DNA of 64,000 bases from NCBI GenBank assembly GCA_951406725.2, contig OX597815.1, positions 3,410,001 to 3,474,000 on the forward strand, given 5' to 3'. Position 1 is the stretch's first letter. Each line of letters begins with the position of its first letter. Below the pieces are notes generated by a model. The model was not told where the DNA came from, made no database searches, and saw only the letters and a list, made by a program, of their open reading frames with translations. Below, piece by piece: positions 1 through 14,276 of this stretch. Made by a program: the position numbers and the translations under genes. Source of the stretch: Octopus vulgaris (taxonomy: Eukaryota).

Positions 1-1033
1 TGGCAGGCGCTAGCGTGACGTAAACAACCGAAATGTTTGGTGTATCAAGAAATACTGTCTCGAAGGTAATGACAGCCTTTGAGAAAGCGGGAAAAATCTG
101 CTTGCCGAAACAAAACTCCGGAAGAAAACTAAATCTTTCAGATAGGGACCGTCGGACTCTTACACGAATTGTTAGAAAGGATCACAAAAGTACATCTCCC
201 CAAATTACTGCAGAGCTTAATGGCCACCTCGAGAACCCAGTTTCCCCAAAAACTGTTCACCGAGAGCTGCACAAAACAGTGTTTCACGGGAGGGCTGCAA
301 TCAGAAAACCACTACTTTTAAAAACAAACGTTGCAAAGCGTTTAGAGTGGAGTAAAACCTTCAAAATTGGTCTTTAGAGCAGTGGGGAAATGTTATATTC
401 TTGGACGAGTCATCCTTTACCTTATTTCCTACCACCGGCCGAGTATACATTTTGAGACAGCCAAAAGAAGCATTTGACCCAGGCTGCCTTCTTCCCACTG
501 TTAAACATAGAGGAAGATCTGTAATGATCGGGGTGGGGTAGGGGCTTTATCTTGGAAATCCGCCGACCCAATGGTTTCCCTTCATGGCAGAATTAATAGT
601 CAAGACTATTTAAGCATTTTATCTAATCAAATTCATCCTATGGTTGCGGAACTGTTTCCGGAGGGAAACGCAATCTTTCCTGATGATAATGCACCAATTC
701 ACACAGCTAAAGTTGTTACTGAATGGCACGAGGAACATTCTAGTGAAGTTGAACATCTTATCTGGTCACCACAGTCCCCAGATCTCAACATTATTGAACA
801 TTTATGGTGCATTTTAGAAAAACAGCTAGGGAGTCGATATCCTCCACAACAAGAGCTAGAGACTGGTTTAGCTGAAGAATGGACAAAAATTCCTTTGGAA
901 ACAAATCAAACTTTGAACGAGTTCATACCTCGTAGAATTCAAGCTGTAATTACTGCCAAAGGCGGTCCTACCCCATATTAAAATGGATTTGTTTGAATGT
1001 TTAAGGTGTTTCCATTATTTTGTAGAACCCCTG
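1..1033 (+). mobile_element. Tc1/mariner DNA transposon, decayed copy 1 (5' end lies outside the window)
   Basis: ORF pieces 33..377 (HTH region: GVSRNTVSKV, GRKLNLSDRDRR, RKPLL) and 571..981 (DDNAPIH, SPDLNIIEHLW, AKGGPTPY) are Tc1 transposase motifs. The first catalytic D region (gacgagtca) is near 404. Stops and frameshifts separate the pieces. The right TIR ggtgtttccattattttgtagaacccctg (1005-1033) is followed by TA. Confidence 0.93.
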
Positions 1034-1135
1034 TATATTTAGTCAATTCAAATAAACAAACAGTTAAAAAACAGAAAAAAACGAATGTGTACAAGAAATA
1101 TATTAATTTGACGTTCGGTGAAGGGACAGAGCTGT

Positions 1136-1170
1136 TGTTAACTTTTCGAGCATAGCTCTTCGTCGGAAAC
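1136..1170 (-). ncRNA. Minimal hammerhead-like motif, CCGACGA core variant
   Basis: Reads GUUU CCGACGA A GAGC UAU GCUC GAAA AG UU AAC. Stem II (GAGC/GCUC) is the same as at 12142 and 54015, with a different loop. Confidence 0.5.
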
Positions 1171-1254
1171 AGCAAAGTCCAAAGACAAAGAAGGAAAAGT
1201 AAGGAAAAATCGCCAACAGTCCACATGCAGTTACAAACACCTGTTCTTATGTCC

Positions 1255-1297
<43 letters not shown>

Positions 1298-1596
1298 GTA
1301 TTTTGTATTTATATACGTGTAACATCGTCGGTTTTTCCGTCCTTGTTTTCGAATACATTCGATGCTTTCTTCCAAGGAATCTAATGCTCTTAGCTTAGTT
1401 TTTCCTTGGAGCTGGCCGGATTGGAGCAATCTCAAGATTAATCAGCCGAAATTGCGAGGATGTTCCGGTTCTTGACTGAGGATAGAAAACTTCGAATGAC
1501 CCGTCCTTGTTTTTTTGTATCGTCTATCTGGATGTTAATTGTCCCCTTTTGTATCACCTAGTTGTTTGGATGTTTTGCGTTCTTGTCCCATTTTGT

Positions 1597-1672
<76 letters not shown>

Positions 1673-1675
<3 letters not shown>

Positions 1676-1922
1676 TTGGGATTTAGTTTGCAAGATTCTT
1701 TATGTGAGTTCGTGTGTTGAAGCATATTCTGTTTTATGACTGGGGAGACTCATTCTCTTCTGGTGCCTTATTATTTAACACATTCACCGGTAAAACACCA
1801 TTGAAAATATTTCAAGAAGCATCGAACATTTTAGAAGAACAAATAAGTAAATGAGTGGAAATTTACCGGTGAGTGTGTTAAATTATGAGCCACTAAAAGA
1901 GAATGACTCTCCCCAAACACAA
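1673..1922. repeat. Interspersed repeat with an internal inverted duplication; same family as 7416-7600
   Basis: 1741-1794 is inverted against 1862-1915. 1673-1794 is the reverse complement of 7478-7598. Confidence 0.75.
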
Positions 1923-2438
1923 CTGTATACACACAAACACACACAGAAGTACATCTGTCCCTATCGTTTTTGCAGCGATGGGGACAGACGTACTTCTTGC
2001 CTCCTCACCTGTTTTAGTATAAAGTGTTTAAGGGGCTGTGCTAATGGTTTCTTCTGAAAAAAAAAAAACGTACACGATAACCTGTCAGAAAGTATGCATG
2101 AAACTTGCAGACATCACACAGAGGGTTTCAACGTCGTACATTATACGTGCGTGCGCATGTATGTGTATGTTTGTGTGTGTGCGCGTGAGTGTATTGTGTG
2201 TTTGTGTGCATCTGAGTAGATATAGATTAGATATACAAAGAGAAAAACAGAGATAGGGTTTGATGAGTGCCATGCACGTAATTATCGGTGTTTTAATCAT
2301 TTTGTAATTTCTACTAATCAATAATAACAACAACAACAAATATATTAATATATATACATTATATATATTATGTGTGTGCGTGTGTGTGTGTGTGATAGAG
2401 CGCTAGCCACTAAACCTTTTTCTATTTTCTCTGTGTTC

Positions 2439-2474
2439 CTTTCTGTTGAAGAACGTAGGCTCGAAACGTTAAAG
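2439..2474 (+). ncRNA. Minimal hammerhead-like motif, CUGUUGA core variant
   Basis: Reads CUUU CUGUUGA A GAAC GUAG GCUC GAAA CG UU AAAG. Confidence 0.55.
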
Positions 2475-2562
2475 ACTTTCTCACTTCCCAAGCGTTAAAC
2501 TAATACATCTGTTTGTTGTTTACACACCCGTCTTTGTCTCTTATTTTTCTTTTTGTAAATTC

Positions 2563-2597
<35 letters not shown>

Positions 2598-2599
2598 TT

Positions 2600-2683
<84 letters not shown>

Positions 2684-3357
2684 TATATATATATTATACA
2701 TATATATGAATGGATTGATAGATAGATAGATACAGAGAGAGAGAGAGAAAGACAGAAAGAGATGTAGGGTAGAGATAGAGAGAAAGAGAAAGAAAAAGGT
2801 GTTGAAACTCAAGAATGTGGCGCCAAGCACGCTTCGTAATAATTTGAAATTTGATTCACGTGACTGTAGTGCATATTTTCTCATTCTGGTGACACTTTTG
2901 AGTATTACCATTCAGAACCACATTATTACAGCAGCAACAACAACAACAGCAACAACAACAACACATACACACACACACACACACACACATGCACAAAGAC
3001 ATTTCCTGCAAACACCCTTTTCAGTAAAACAACAGACCGTTTCTGTGGGTGATATTATACTCAGTTCTACAAATTCTTCAAATGTTGTCGATTTGCGAGC
3101 ATTTAAACAAATCAATATTAGAGAATCAGATTGGGAAATTTTCAAAAACACACGAAGAGATCAATTCGAAAATCAAAATATTTTGTTCAGGAAGAATTAA
3201 CAAAACGTTTGATAAAATGAAAAAGGCATAAAATTTTGGAAAGGAAATGTCATAACATTATTTGCCACGATATATTTCCACATTTATGGATCGTAAAATT
3301 TTTATTGTAAAAATGGAACTAAATTCATGCAGTTCAAATATAAAATGTTAATGCAGT

Positions 3358-3929
<572 letters not shown>

Positions 3930-4092
3930 CGAGCCAGCAGAGTCGGTGGCACGCCGAGCAAAATGCTTAGCGGCATTTCGTCTTCCCTTACGCTCTAAGT
4001 TCAATTTCCACCAAGGTTGACTTTGCCTTCTCTACTTTTGGATCGATAAAATAAATACCAGTAGGATACTGGGGGTCAACGTAATCGACTTA
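3930..4092 (+). mobile_element. tRNA-derived SINE family A (head ggcggcgagctggcagaa), diverged copy
   Basis: Aligns by eye to 45814-46000 (gagtt caaattcc, gactttgcctt, gataaaataa.tacca). Confidence 0.75.
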
Positions 4093-4101
4093 CTCTCTGA
4101 A

Positions 4102-4198
<97 letters not shown>

Positions 4199-4205
4199 CT
4201 GTGAA

Positions 4206-4525
4206 GGCACGTGGCTTAGTGGTTAGTGCATTCGGCTCACGGTCGTAAAGTTGTGAGTTCAATTCCCGGCGACGCGTTGTGTCCTTGAGCAAGACACTTT
4301 ATTTCCCGTTACTGCAGTCCACTCAGCTGGCAAAAATGAGTAGTACCTCTATTTCAAAAGGCCAGCCTTCTCGCAATCTGTGTCACACTGAATCTCCCTA
4401 AGAACTACGTTAAGGGTACACGTGTCCGTGGAGTACTCAGCCACTTGCACGTTAATTTCATGAGTAGGCTGTTCCGTTGATCGTATCAACTGGAATTCTC
4501 GTCGTCGCAACCGACGGAGTGCTCC
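4206..4525 (+). mobile_element. tRNA-derived SINE family C (tgtgtccttgagcaagacactt core)
   Basis: A box tggcttagtgg and B box gttcaattcc are present. The 3' part is shared with the reverse complement of 7732-7910. Confidence 0.82.
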
Positions 4526-5103
4526 TAGTAGTAGTAAAATGGAAAAGGTCATGGGAATAAAAATGTTAAAGCCTCAGCATTAATAACAATTTTTTTAAAG
4601 CTCAACTGAAAACGCGTGATGAGCAATGAGCGCACAATTTTTGAGGAAAAATTACAGTGAAGTATATTCTTAAGACACCAAATTTTAGACTAACAAACCT
4701 CGCATACAAAAGAACAATATGAATGAATAATTAAATGAAGGAGAATAATAATAATATGAAGAAGAAAAACCCGATTGTAAGAAGGAAAGGAGAGACTAAC
4801 AAAATGGCGGCGGTGTTGGTAGAGGAAAACAATGGAGAGCGGTATTGGAAAAGGGGAGATAAACTTCATCAGATTACGCTGTTGTCGGGATCAAGTCATC
4901 CTGTTAATCATACTAAGTGCTCATCAAGGTATTTAAATGTTGTGGATTAGGTCCATTTTTAATATTGATGCAACGAAGACCCAACAGCAGCGAGAGGTCA
5001 GGTCAGAAGTTTTGGAGGGCTAGGAAATTTATCGTGCTTTTCTTTATATTTATTATCATCACCATCATCATCATCATCATCATCATTATTATTATTATCA
5101 TTA

Positions 5104-5159
<56 letters not shown>

Positions 5160-5354
5160 GTTATTATTATTATTTTGTAGGAAGTAGGGTGGAGAAAGGA
5201 GTGGAGTGGGGTGTGTGGGTATAGCAGAGAGTTTGTTTTTCTTCTTTCGACCCAAAACTCTTGCGTTTCTCATGGAACGAAAATAAACAACAAAACGCAA
5301 AACAAGAACACCACCCACCCCCTCCCCCAAAAATGAGGCAAATAATTAAATAAC

Positions 5355-5395
<41 letters not shown>

Positions 5396-6240
5396 ATTGA
5401 ATAATTCAATGAAACACAATAAAAGCCAAGAAACAAAAAGCAAGCTGTTGTGACCATGCATACAAATGCAGAGATCTTGACGGTAGAGGCAAGAATTAGC
5501 GTTAGTACACACACACACTCACAAACATGCGCGCGCATATACAAACACCTACGTATATATATATATATATTAACAGATATATGTATTGTTATACATATAA
5601 CTACATACATATATATATATGTGCGTGTGTATACATACATATATATACGTATATACAAATACATACACACACATATATATATATATATACATAGGTATTC
5701 ACACATACACACACATATATATATATATACTATACATGCAAAATGTGTGTGTGTGTGTGTGCATGCATGCGTGTATATACGTGTGCGTACGTGTATGCAT
5801 GTATGTACGCATGTATGCATATACAATATATATATATATATTTTGTGTATACGGTATCGCAATAACACGTTTGTACTAACGGAGACAGAGAGTTGCTGGG
5901 AAGCGGAATGGGCTCAAGAGAGAGGGAGAGAGAGAGACAGTGTGTGTGTATGTGTGTGTGTGTGTGTGAAGTGAGTGCGTTAGACAAAGTGAGAGAGGGG
6001 GAGGGGGGATGGCAAATTGGAAGGAGTTGGACGGAGGCAAGAAGCGATGTATTGTAACATGTGTGCAATCTGTGTGGATGCACCGATTTGTTAAGACATA
6101 CATTTGCCGAGTTTACACCAATGTGCATTGATTCCCTCTTTGTACATACATGCATACATACATACATACGTATGTACATACATACGTACATATACAAATA
6201 TATATGCTTTTGCACGTGCTTGTGTATATCTATATATGCA

Positions 6241-6272
<32 letters not shown>

Positions 6273-6398
6273 GAAGCACGTGCAAATATATATATATATA
6301 TATTTATTTATATATATGTATATGCATATATATGTGTATGTATATACATATACAAATATATATATATATATATATATATATGCTTTTGCACGTGCTTC

Positions 6399-6430
<32 letters not shown>

Positions 6431-6827
6431 TATGTGTGTCTGTATGTATGTATGTATATAATTTTTTCAATTATATGTATGTGTATATATATATAGCATG
6501 TGTGTGTGTGCCCGTGTAGCTCTATATGTGTATGGGTGTGTATGCATGTGCGCATAACAGCTGTGGATTTGTAAGAGCCTTACAAGCTTTACCGGCGTCT
6601 ACATATGTTCACACACGCACACACACACACGCTCACACGACGCACGCGCACACATGCATATACACCCGTACATGCCGTATATATATATGTCTACATTCAT
6701 TCAATCACCAGAGGCGAGCAACGCCGTTTGTTTTATACAATATAAAACTGATCCGTAGATAACAATCCTTTGTCGTTACCGTAAAACAAAAGTAGTAACC
6801 ACATACTTAGATCCTAACTATAATCTA

Positions 6828-6892
<65 letters not shown>

Positions 6893-7010
6893 GTCACTTG
6901 TTTCAGCGATTAGACTGGGGCCATACTGGAGCACCGCCTTAAAGAATGTCTATTTGAAGGAATCGACTGCCGTCAACTTGCGATGGTCGCGGTTGCTATT
7001 TCCTTTATTA

Positions 7011-7119
7011 AACAAGAATACTATTGACAGTGACCTCGACGTTTAGGCCAGTTAAGCCATCGTCGGACGATGGGTTAGCTGGGTGTAACTTCGAATTCAC
7101 TGTCAATAATGGTCTTGTT
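7011..7119. repeat. Gapless imperfect palindrome (54-bp arms, 1-nt centre)
   Basis: Pairing 7011-7064 with 7066-7119 by hand gives 42 Watson-Crick pairs, 3 G-U pairs and 9 mismatches, with no gaps. Confidence 0.85.
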
Positions 7120-7205
7120 TTAGAATAATAAAGTTGTACTCGACAAGAGTTTCGAGCAGGGCACCTGATTAATGTAATACTGTTTTTATTATAATAAAAA
7201 CAGTT

Positions 7206-7327
<122 letters not shown>

Positions 7328-7336
7328 TATATAAAT

Positions 7337-7417
<81 letters not shown>

Positions 7418-7731
7418 AAAGGTTGCAAGAAGCAACGAAAATTTTAGGAAAATAAAAATAAGAAATAAGTGGAAATTTTACCGGTGAGTGTGTTACACTA
7501 TAAGGCAGAAAAAGAAAATGACCATCCCCAGACACAACAGAATATGCTTCAACACACGAACTCACATAAAGAATCTTGCAAACCAAATCTCAAAACAATA
7601 TATATATGTATATGTATGTATGTATTTATGTATGTATGTATGTATGTATGTATGTATGCATGTATGTATGCATGTATGTATGTATGTATGTATGTATGTA
7701 TGTATGTATGTATGTATGTATACATATATTA

Positions 7732-8095
7732 ACGTGGCACTCTGTCAGTTACGACGACGAGGGTTCTAGTTGATACGATCAATGGAGAAGACTTCTCGTG
7801 AAATGAACGTGCAAGTAGCTGAGCACTCCACAGACACGTGTACCCTTAAAGAAGGTCTCGGGGGAGATTCAGCGTGACACAGAATGGCCCTTTGAAATAC
7901 AGGTACAACAGAAACAGGAAGAAAGATTGGGAGAAAGTTGTGGTGAAAGAGTACAGCAGGGTTCGCCACCACACCCTCGTAGAGCTTTTTAGGTGTTTTC
8001 GCTCAATGAGCACTCACAACGCCGGGTCTGGGAATCGAAACCGCGATCCTACGACCGCGACTCCGCTACCCTAACCACTGGGCCATTGCGCCTCC
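7732..8095 (-). mobile_element. SINE related to family C (shared 3' part, different middle)
   Basis: The minus strand begins ggaggcgcaatggcccagtggttagg..ggtttcgattccc. Its 3' region matches 4345-4522. Confidence 0.78.
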
Positions 8096-8146
8096 ACCAT
8101 ACATACATATACTGTGAGGAGTTTTCAGGATATTTATAATGAAATA

Positions 8147-8194
8147 GTCTTACAGCTGTTTCTGAGATATTATGGATATACCTTCATCAGAGAC
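8147..8194 (-). ncRNA. Minimal type I hammerhead ribozyme motif
   Basis: Minus strand reads GUCU CUGAUGA [imperfect stem II, AGGUAUAU..AUAUCUCA] GAAA CAGCUG UA AGAC. Stem I is GUCU/AGAC, stem III is palindromic, and the cleavage triplet is GUA. Confidence 0.75.
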
Positions 8195-8362
8195 GGTATG
8201 CAATATATATATATATATATATATATATTGACCGCTAGCCACTAAAGCATTTTATATTCTCTCTCTTTTAAACTAATACACCTGTTTGTTGTTTACACAC
8301 CTGTCTTTAGTTTTTTTTGCAAATTCCAATTATATGTCTTATTGACGAGTTTGGTTTTTTTC

Positions 8363-8448
8363 ATTTTCCTGAGGAGAAGATTGCATTGTTTATACCATTT
8401 ATTCTTTTGAATAGTATCAGTGGAATTTTCGAAACATGTGTCGAAAGT
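8363..8448 (+). ncRNA. Type I hammerhead ribozyme motif with a long loop II
   Basis: Reads AUUUUC CUGAGGA GAAGAUU..(about 40 nt)..AAUUUUC GAAA CAUGUG UC GAAAGU. All three stems can form and the cleavage site is GUC. Confidence 0.72.
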
Positions 8449-8646
8449 AAAAATATTTGATTACACCTGCGTTAACTCCATTTTTTTTATTCATATTCAT
8501 ATTATTCAAAATATTCAACGTAAAGACGAAGTTTCTACTTTATAAACAAGGAGTTACAACACCTTTACTTGTGAGATTTTTGCTGCCCTGGTAACTATTT
8601 ATTATTTTTTTTCCGTGTTAATTGTTAACAAGGGGAAAATACACTC

Positions 8647-8707
<61 letters not shown>

Positions 8708-9581
8708 TATATATATTGTATAAAGTACAATTCGTTTGAAGACTCAGATGTGTTTTGAACCGCCAGCTTCACAATCCAACTCTTCTATATATACGTTTGC
8801 ACACACACACAGCTGATAGGACGGGAACAGCGAGAAACGAGGTGTTTTGCTCCGTAACACAACGCAAAACGGTCCTGGAAACGAAACCTCGACCTTGCGT
8901 GCAACAACACAAAACCTCAGCACTGGGTCAGGAGACTAAATCTGGTTCGGAGGAACCGAGAAGCGTTATGGCCACTGCCTTTTCTCTTTGGCTAAAAGAA
9001 AACAAAAACACAACAACAATAACAACACAGAAATCAGCGATACCCCCGAAACGGTATAACAAACATTAAGTCTTTACGAATCGGGCAGCAAAGGAGGAGA
9101 GAAAAATTATATTCAAACTGCAGCGAACGTTGTGGATTTTTGGCCCGAGGGTAACCCTTTACCAACAATAATTATAACGGGCTTCTCATTATAAATAAGG
9201 AAACCAATTCTTGCTTATTTCATTACGTTAACAGCTCTAGCTCCCCCATCCTTCGACATCTCCTACTTTCCTTATGCTCCTCCTCCTCCCCCTCCTCCTC
9301 CTTCACTGATTTTCAAAACTCATTCATGCATTCAACTAGCCAACCCACTTTTGTCACTCACTCATTCTTCACTACTCACTCATTCATTCATTCATTCACA
9401 GTCATGGCGGAGACAGACTCTTCTCGCACTCAGCCGCACTCAAACCACACTCGTTCCCAATCAACCTTTTCAATTAGTCAGCCACCGCGCACACACACAC
9501 AAACACACCACACGACGACAAATGCACACACACACACACACACAAGTATGTATATTTTCACACACACACGCAGAAACGAAC

Positions 9582-9614
<33 letters not shown>

Positions 9615-9715
9615 GATGACACACACCTTCCTCTAAATCCCATGTTGAAATTTTGCCATTCGTGTTTCAAAACACTACCTCTTTCTCACTCACTTCCCTC
9701 ATTTAATTCTCACAA

Positions 9716-9821
<106 letters not shown>

Positions 9822-9872
9822 TATCTATCTATTTATCAAGCTATTCTATCAATCAAGATCCCTGTCCACCCC

Positions 9873-9934
<62 letters not shown>

Positions 9935-9973
9935 TAATCCAAACGGGAAACAAAAAAACAACAACAATGGAAC

Positions 9974-10012
<39 letters not shown>

Positions 10013-10112
10013 TGTCTGTCTATCTATCTATCTATTTAACTATTTATCCATCTATATGTTTGTCTGTCTATTTGTCTCCCTACATGTCTCTCTTTATACA
10101 CACACACACACA

Positions 10113-10161
<49 letters not shown>

Positions 10162-12141
10162 TAATAAATAAATAAAACATATGCATACATACATACATAT
10201 ATGTACGTATCTACATCTACATGTATATATACATGCATATATGGGTACAGGACACCAAAAAAACGTCGAACACAATGAGAAACGAAAACATAAACACAAA
10301 ACCAAGGAAATGGACATTTTTCTTAAATAACGAAAAAATAGAGTACAGGACATGCAAAACAAGGAAAATTCCCCTTCTTCAGTCGCCTCTGTTTCATCTA
10401 CTCCACGTTTCGAAGGTCAAGGCGATACATGACTTCAATGAAAATTTCCTTCCCGCGAAAATCAAATTAAATAAAATTTGAGATTTTTTTTCGGAGGGGT
10501 AAAAATGGTAACAAAAACAGGACAGTAACAACAGTACAAAATATAAACATTAAAAGACAGGACACGGAGAATAACAGTAACACAAACAAGAAGGGCTATT
10601 AAGCCAAACGAGATAAAATTTCTTTACGAAAGCTATTTTTTGAGAACGGCAGAGAGCAACAGATTTTATCTTCTCCGTTCCTTGGGTTTGGGATTTTAAT
10701 TAGCATACCCAGCCACCCCAGCAGCAACCTCAACTACTAACCACTGAGCTATAAAATAACCCTTTTTTTATATAATGCATATATCTAGAAATATACATGC
10801 ATGTGTGCACGCGTGCGCGTGTGCGTGTGTGTGTTTGTGTGTAACACAGTTTCCGTCTACCGATTTCATGCACAAGGCACTAGTCTGTCCGCTACTAGAG
10901 TCGGTGCTTTAACCGAAGAAAACATTTGCCCCAATTGGCGCGCAGTAAGACTGAAGCCACGATGTTCCGAAGCGAACTTCTTAAGGACACAGTGACGTGC
11001 CATGCCTATACTATATATGTCGTACTTACTAAATTCGCTAACAGAATCATGTTTAAAATATAAGATCGGTTAATGTAGATGAGTCAGGGAAAAGAAAAGC
11101 AATCGATAGTCTATGAAGAACCGGAAGCGGAAACCTTATTCGTCGAATAATTTTTATGTATCGGAAAATAAACAATACAAAAACTGGGACACGGACAAAT
11201 TTCGAAAGTAATATCATAATTTGTAATACAAGGATCGGTATAAAGTAAGGAGAGGAAAAAATTAAAACGAACGCTTGTAGTCTTTAGAAAGTAATGTTAA
11301 ATCGTAATTGGTCGAAGAAAGAAACGAAATAAATCTGAGAGAAGCGAAGTTACTGTAAAAATGTTGGTAAGGTATTCTGAGCTGATTAATATACTAATGA
11401 GAAAGATGGATATTTCAGAGTAGATAACACTTGACGGTAGTTAGCGCTACTAAATCACAGACATTCCTGAAAAAGTACAAATGGGAAGCAGAGAGCTTTT
11501 TTCTTTTTTTCTTGGTGGGAGATAACTAGTGCAGCAAATTAGAAACATAAATTAATCTAGTAAACAAATGTAACTGGAGATAAATGGATATACTTGATTA
11601 GCTAAGTTTGCAAGGAACTAAATTATTTGTACGTAAGTATATACTCTTATAGACATATATGAACAGACATCTACACTCTTCACGCATGTAGATCTGATAA
11701 TGCAGAGAGAGACACAAATCTGTTTCTACAGCAATATTGGCTGATAAACACTTATTTGAATAGACACGAACAAACGCTTGTTTAGGGCCGAGGAAACGAT
11801 TGTAAATCTATGAACATAAACTATTCTTACATTTACACACGAACAAAAGGATTGATAATTGTTATTCAGTAACCAAAATTAGAACAGTGATTTGACAAAC
11901 ATGGCAGAGTATCAACGAATTATCAAGCTCAGTCTCTCTATAGAAAACATATTTTGACATATACTGAACGGTGCTTGAGTTGTTCATTTCTCACACTGTT
12001 GCAAAAATTAAATTTTGTTGCTTTATCAAAAGTATATATATATAGTGAGGATTTACAAAAAACAAAACAAAACAGAAGACGAAGACGGGTGTGTAAACAA
12101 CAAGCAGAAGTATTAGTTTGACGCTCGAGAAGTGAGAAAGT

Positions 12142-12177
12142 CTTTTACGTTTCGAGCCTACGCTCTTCAACAGAAAG
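12142..12177 (-). ncRNA. Minimal hammerhead-like motif, CUGUUGA core variant
   Basis: Reads CUUU CUGUUGA A GAGC GUAG GCUC GAAA CG UA AAAG. It lies inside a roughly 190-bp repeat (12040-12235) also found at 2396-2570. Confidence 0.6.
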
Positions 12178-12252
12178 GAATACAGAACTAAACAGGGAGA
12201 GAAAATAGAAAAAGGTTTCATGGCTAGCGATCTATCATGGCGAATGCCGGAC

Positions 12253-12347
<95 letters not shown>

Positions 12348-12408
12348 CAGATACACATATATATAAATATATACAAGAAATAATATTTGTCTCCTTTTAC
12401 CAATGCTT

Positions 12409-12449
<41 letters not shown>

Positions 12450-12648
12450 TACAAGAGTTACGGAATGGAGTATGGAGAATCCGGGCTACATATGTCTCAT
12501 AACGAGTGTATATATATATATATATATGCAAAATATACTTCCTTCTAGTGATGATAGCTTGAAATTGTATTAGTATCACTAACTTTTTTGCCATCATTAG
12601 TACAAGCGAAACCGGTCGACTATGTAAATATCTTATTTCATATATATG

Positions 12649-12683
<35 letters not shown>

Positions 12684-12743
12684 AGAAAATATATATACTT
12701 ACATTCATGCACATACACACACACACACACATACATATACATA

Positions 12744-12910
12744 TACGATGGGCTTCTTTCAGTTTCCGTCTATCACATCCTCTCACAAGTCATTGGTCGG
12801 CCAAAGTTTATAGTATAAGACACTTGGCCAGATATCAAGCCATGAGACTGAACCCGGAACCTTGTGGTTGGGAAACAAGCTTCTTACCACGCAGCCATGT
12901 TTGCGCCTAT
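12744..12910 (-). mobile_element. SINE family B (CORE-like), 5' half
   Basis: Reverse complement of the head and core of 13001-13165. Confidence 0.82.
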
Positions 12911-13000
12911 GGACGTGTGTCTTGGGCTACGTCGCTCCAATGCATGTCTCTGGCCTCTCAGAGTTATTTATTTTTGTCTAATTTTTAGCCCAGTCAACAT

Positions 13001-13424
13001 AAGCACAGGAGTGGCTGTGTGGTAAGAAGCTTGCTTCCCAACCACATGGTTCCGGAGTTCAGTCCCACTGCGTGGCAGCTTGGGCAATTGTCTTCTACTA
13101 TAGCTTCGGGCCGACCAAAGCCTTCTGAGTGGATTTCGTAGACGGAAACTGAAAGAAGCCCGTCGTATATATATATATATTTATATATATATGTATGTGT
13201 GTGTTTGGTATTTGTGTCTGTGATTGTCCTCCCACCCCACCATCGCTTGACAACCGATGCTGATGTGTTTACGTCCCGTAAATTAGCGGTTCGGCAAAAG
13301 ACTCCGATAGAATAAATGCTAGGCTTACAAAGAATAAGTCCCGGGGTCGATTTGTTCGACTAAAAGGTGGTGCTCCAGCATGGCCTCAGTCAAATGACTG
13401 AAACAAGTAAAAGAATAAAAGAAT
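13001..13424 (+). mobile_element. SINE family B (head gcaggagtggctgtgtggtaag; CORE-like cttgggcaa motif; internal TA/TG microsatellite)
   Basis: A-box-like tggctgtgtgg and B-box-like gttcagtcc are present, with a tail of (taaaaga) repeats. Many copies occur in the window. Confidence 0.9.
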
Positions 13425-13796
13425 ACTAACAGACTCTAATTTAATAATATTAACACCTAATACCTGCTCACTCTTTTAAATGATAGAGATCGATGTTATT
13501 TCTCAGAGATACACTACTTTATCAGACTAATTTATCGCAACAACTAAACCTCACCAACAAGATGAACCAAAAGTGTATAAAATACAGGAAAATTAGAAGA
13601 ACTTCAGTCTGACGACCGACGGAGCTTCGAAGTCGCTATCAATCTTTAGCTTGCAAAATACATTCTACTTAAATATATTAACTAGTGTTTTAATTAACTC
13701 CTGACAGCTTTTGTATATAACTAAATATTAAATCAATTATTTATATGTGTGTGTGTTTACACGTACATACATATACTCATATATGTATTTGTGTGT

Positions 13797-14276
<480 letters not shown>

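Noticed and set aside
2990-3200. Non-repetitive ORF tail (QRHFLQTPFSVKQQ...) as a possible exon
   Set aside because: No recognisable domain, and no convincing splice or partner exon evidence.
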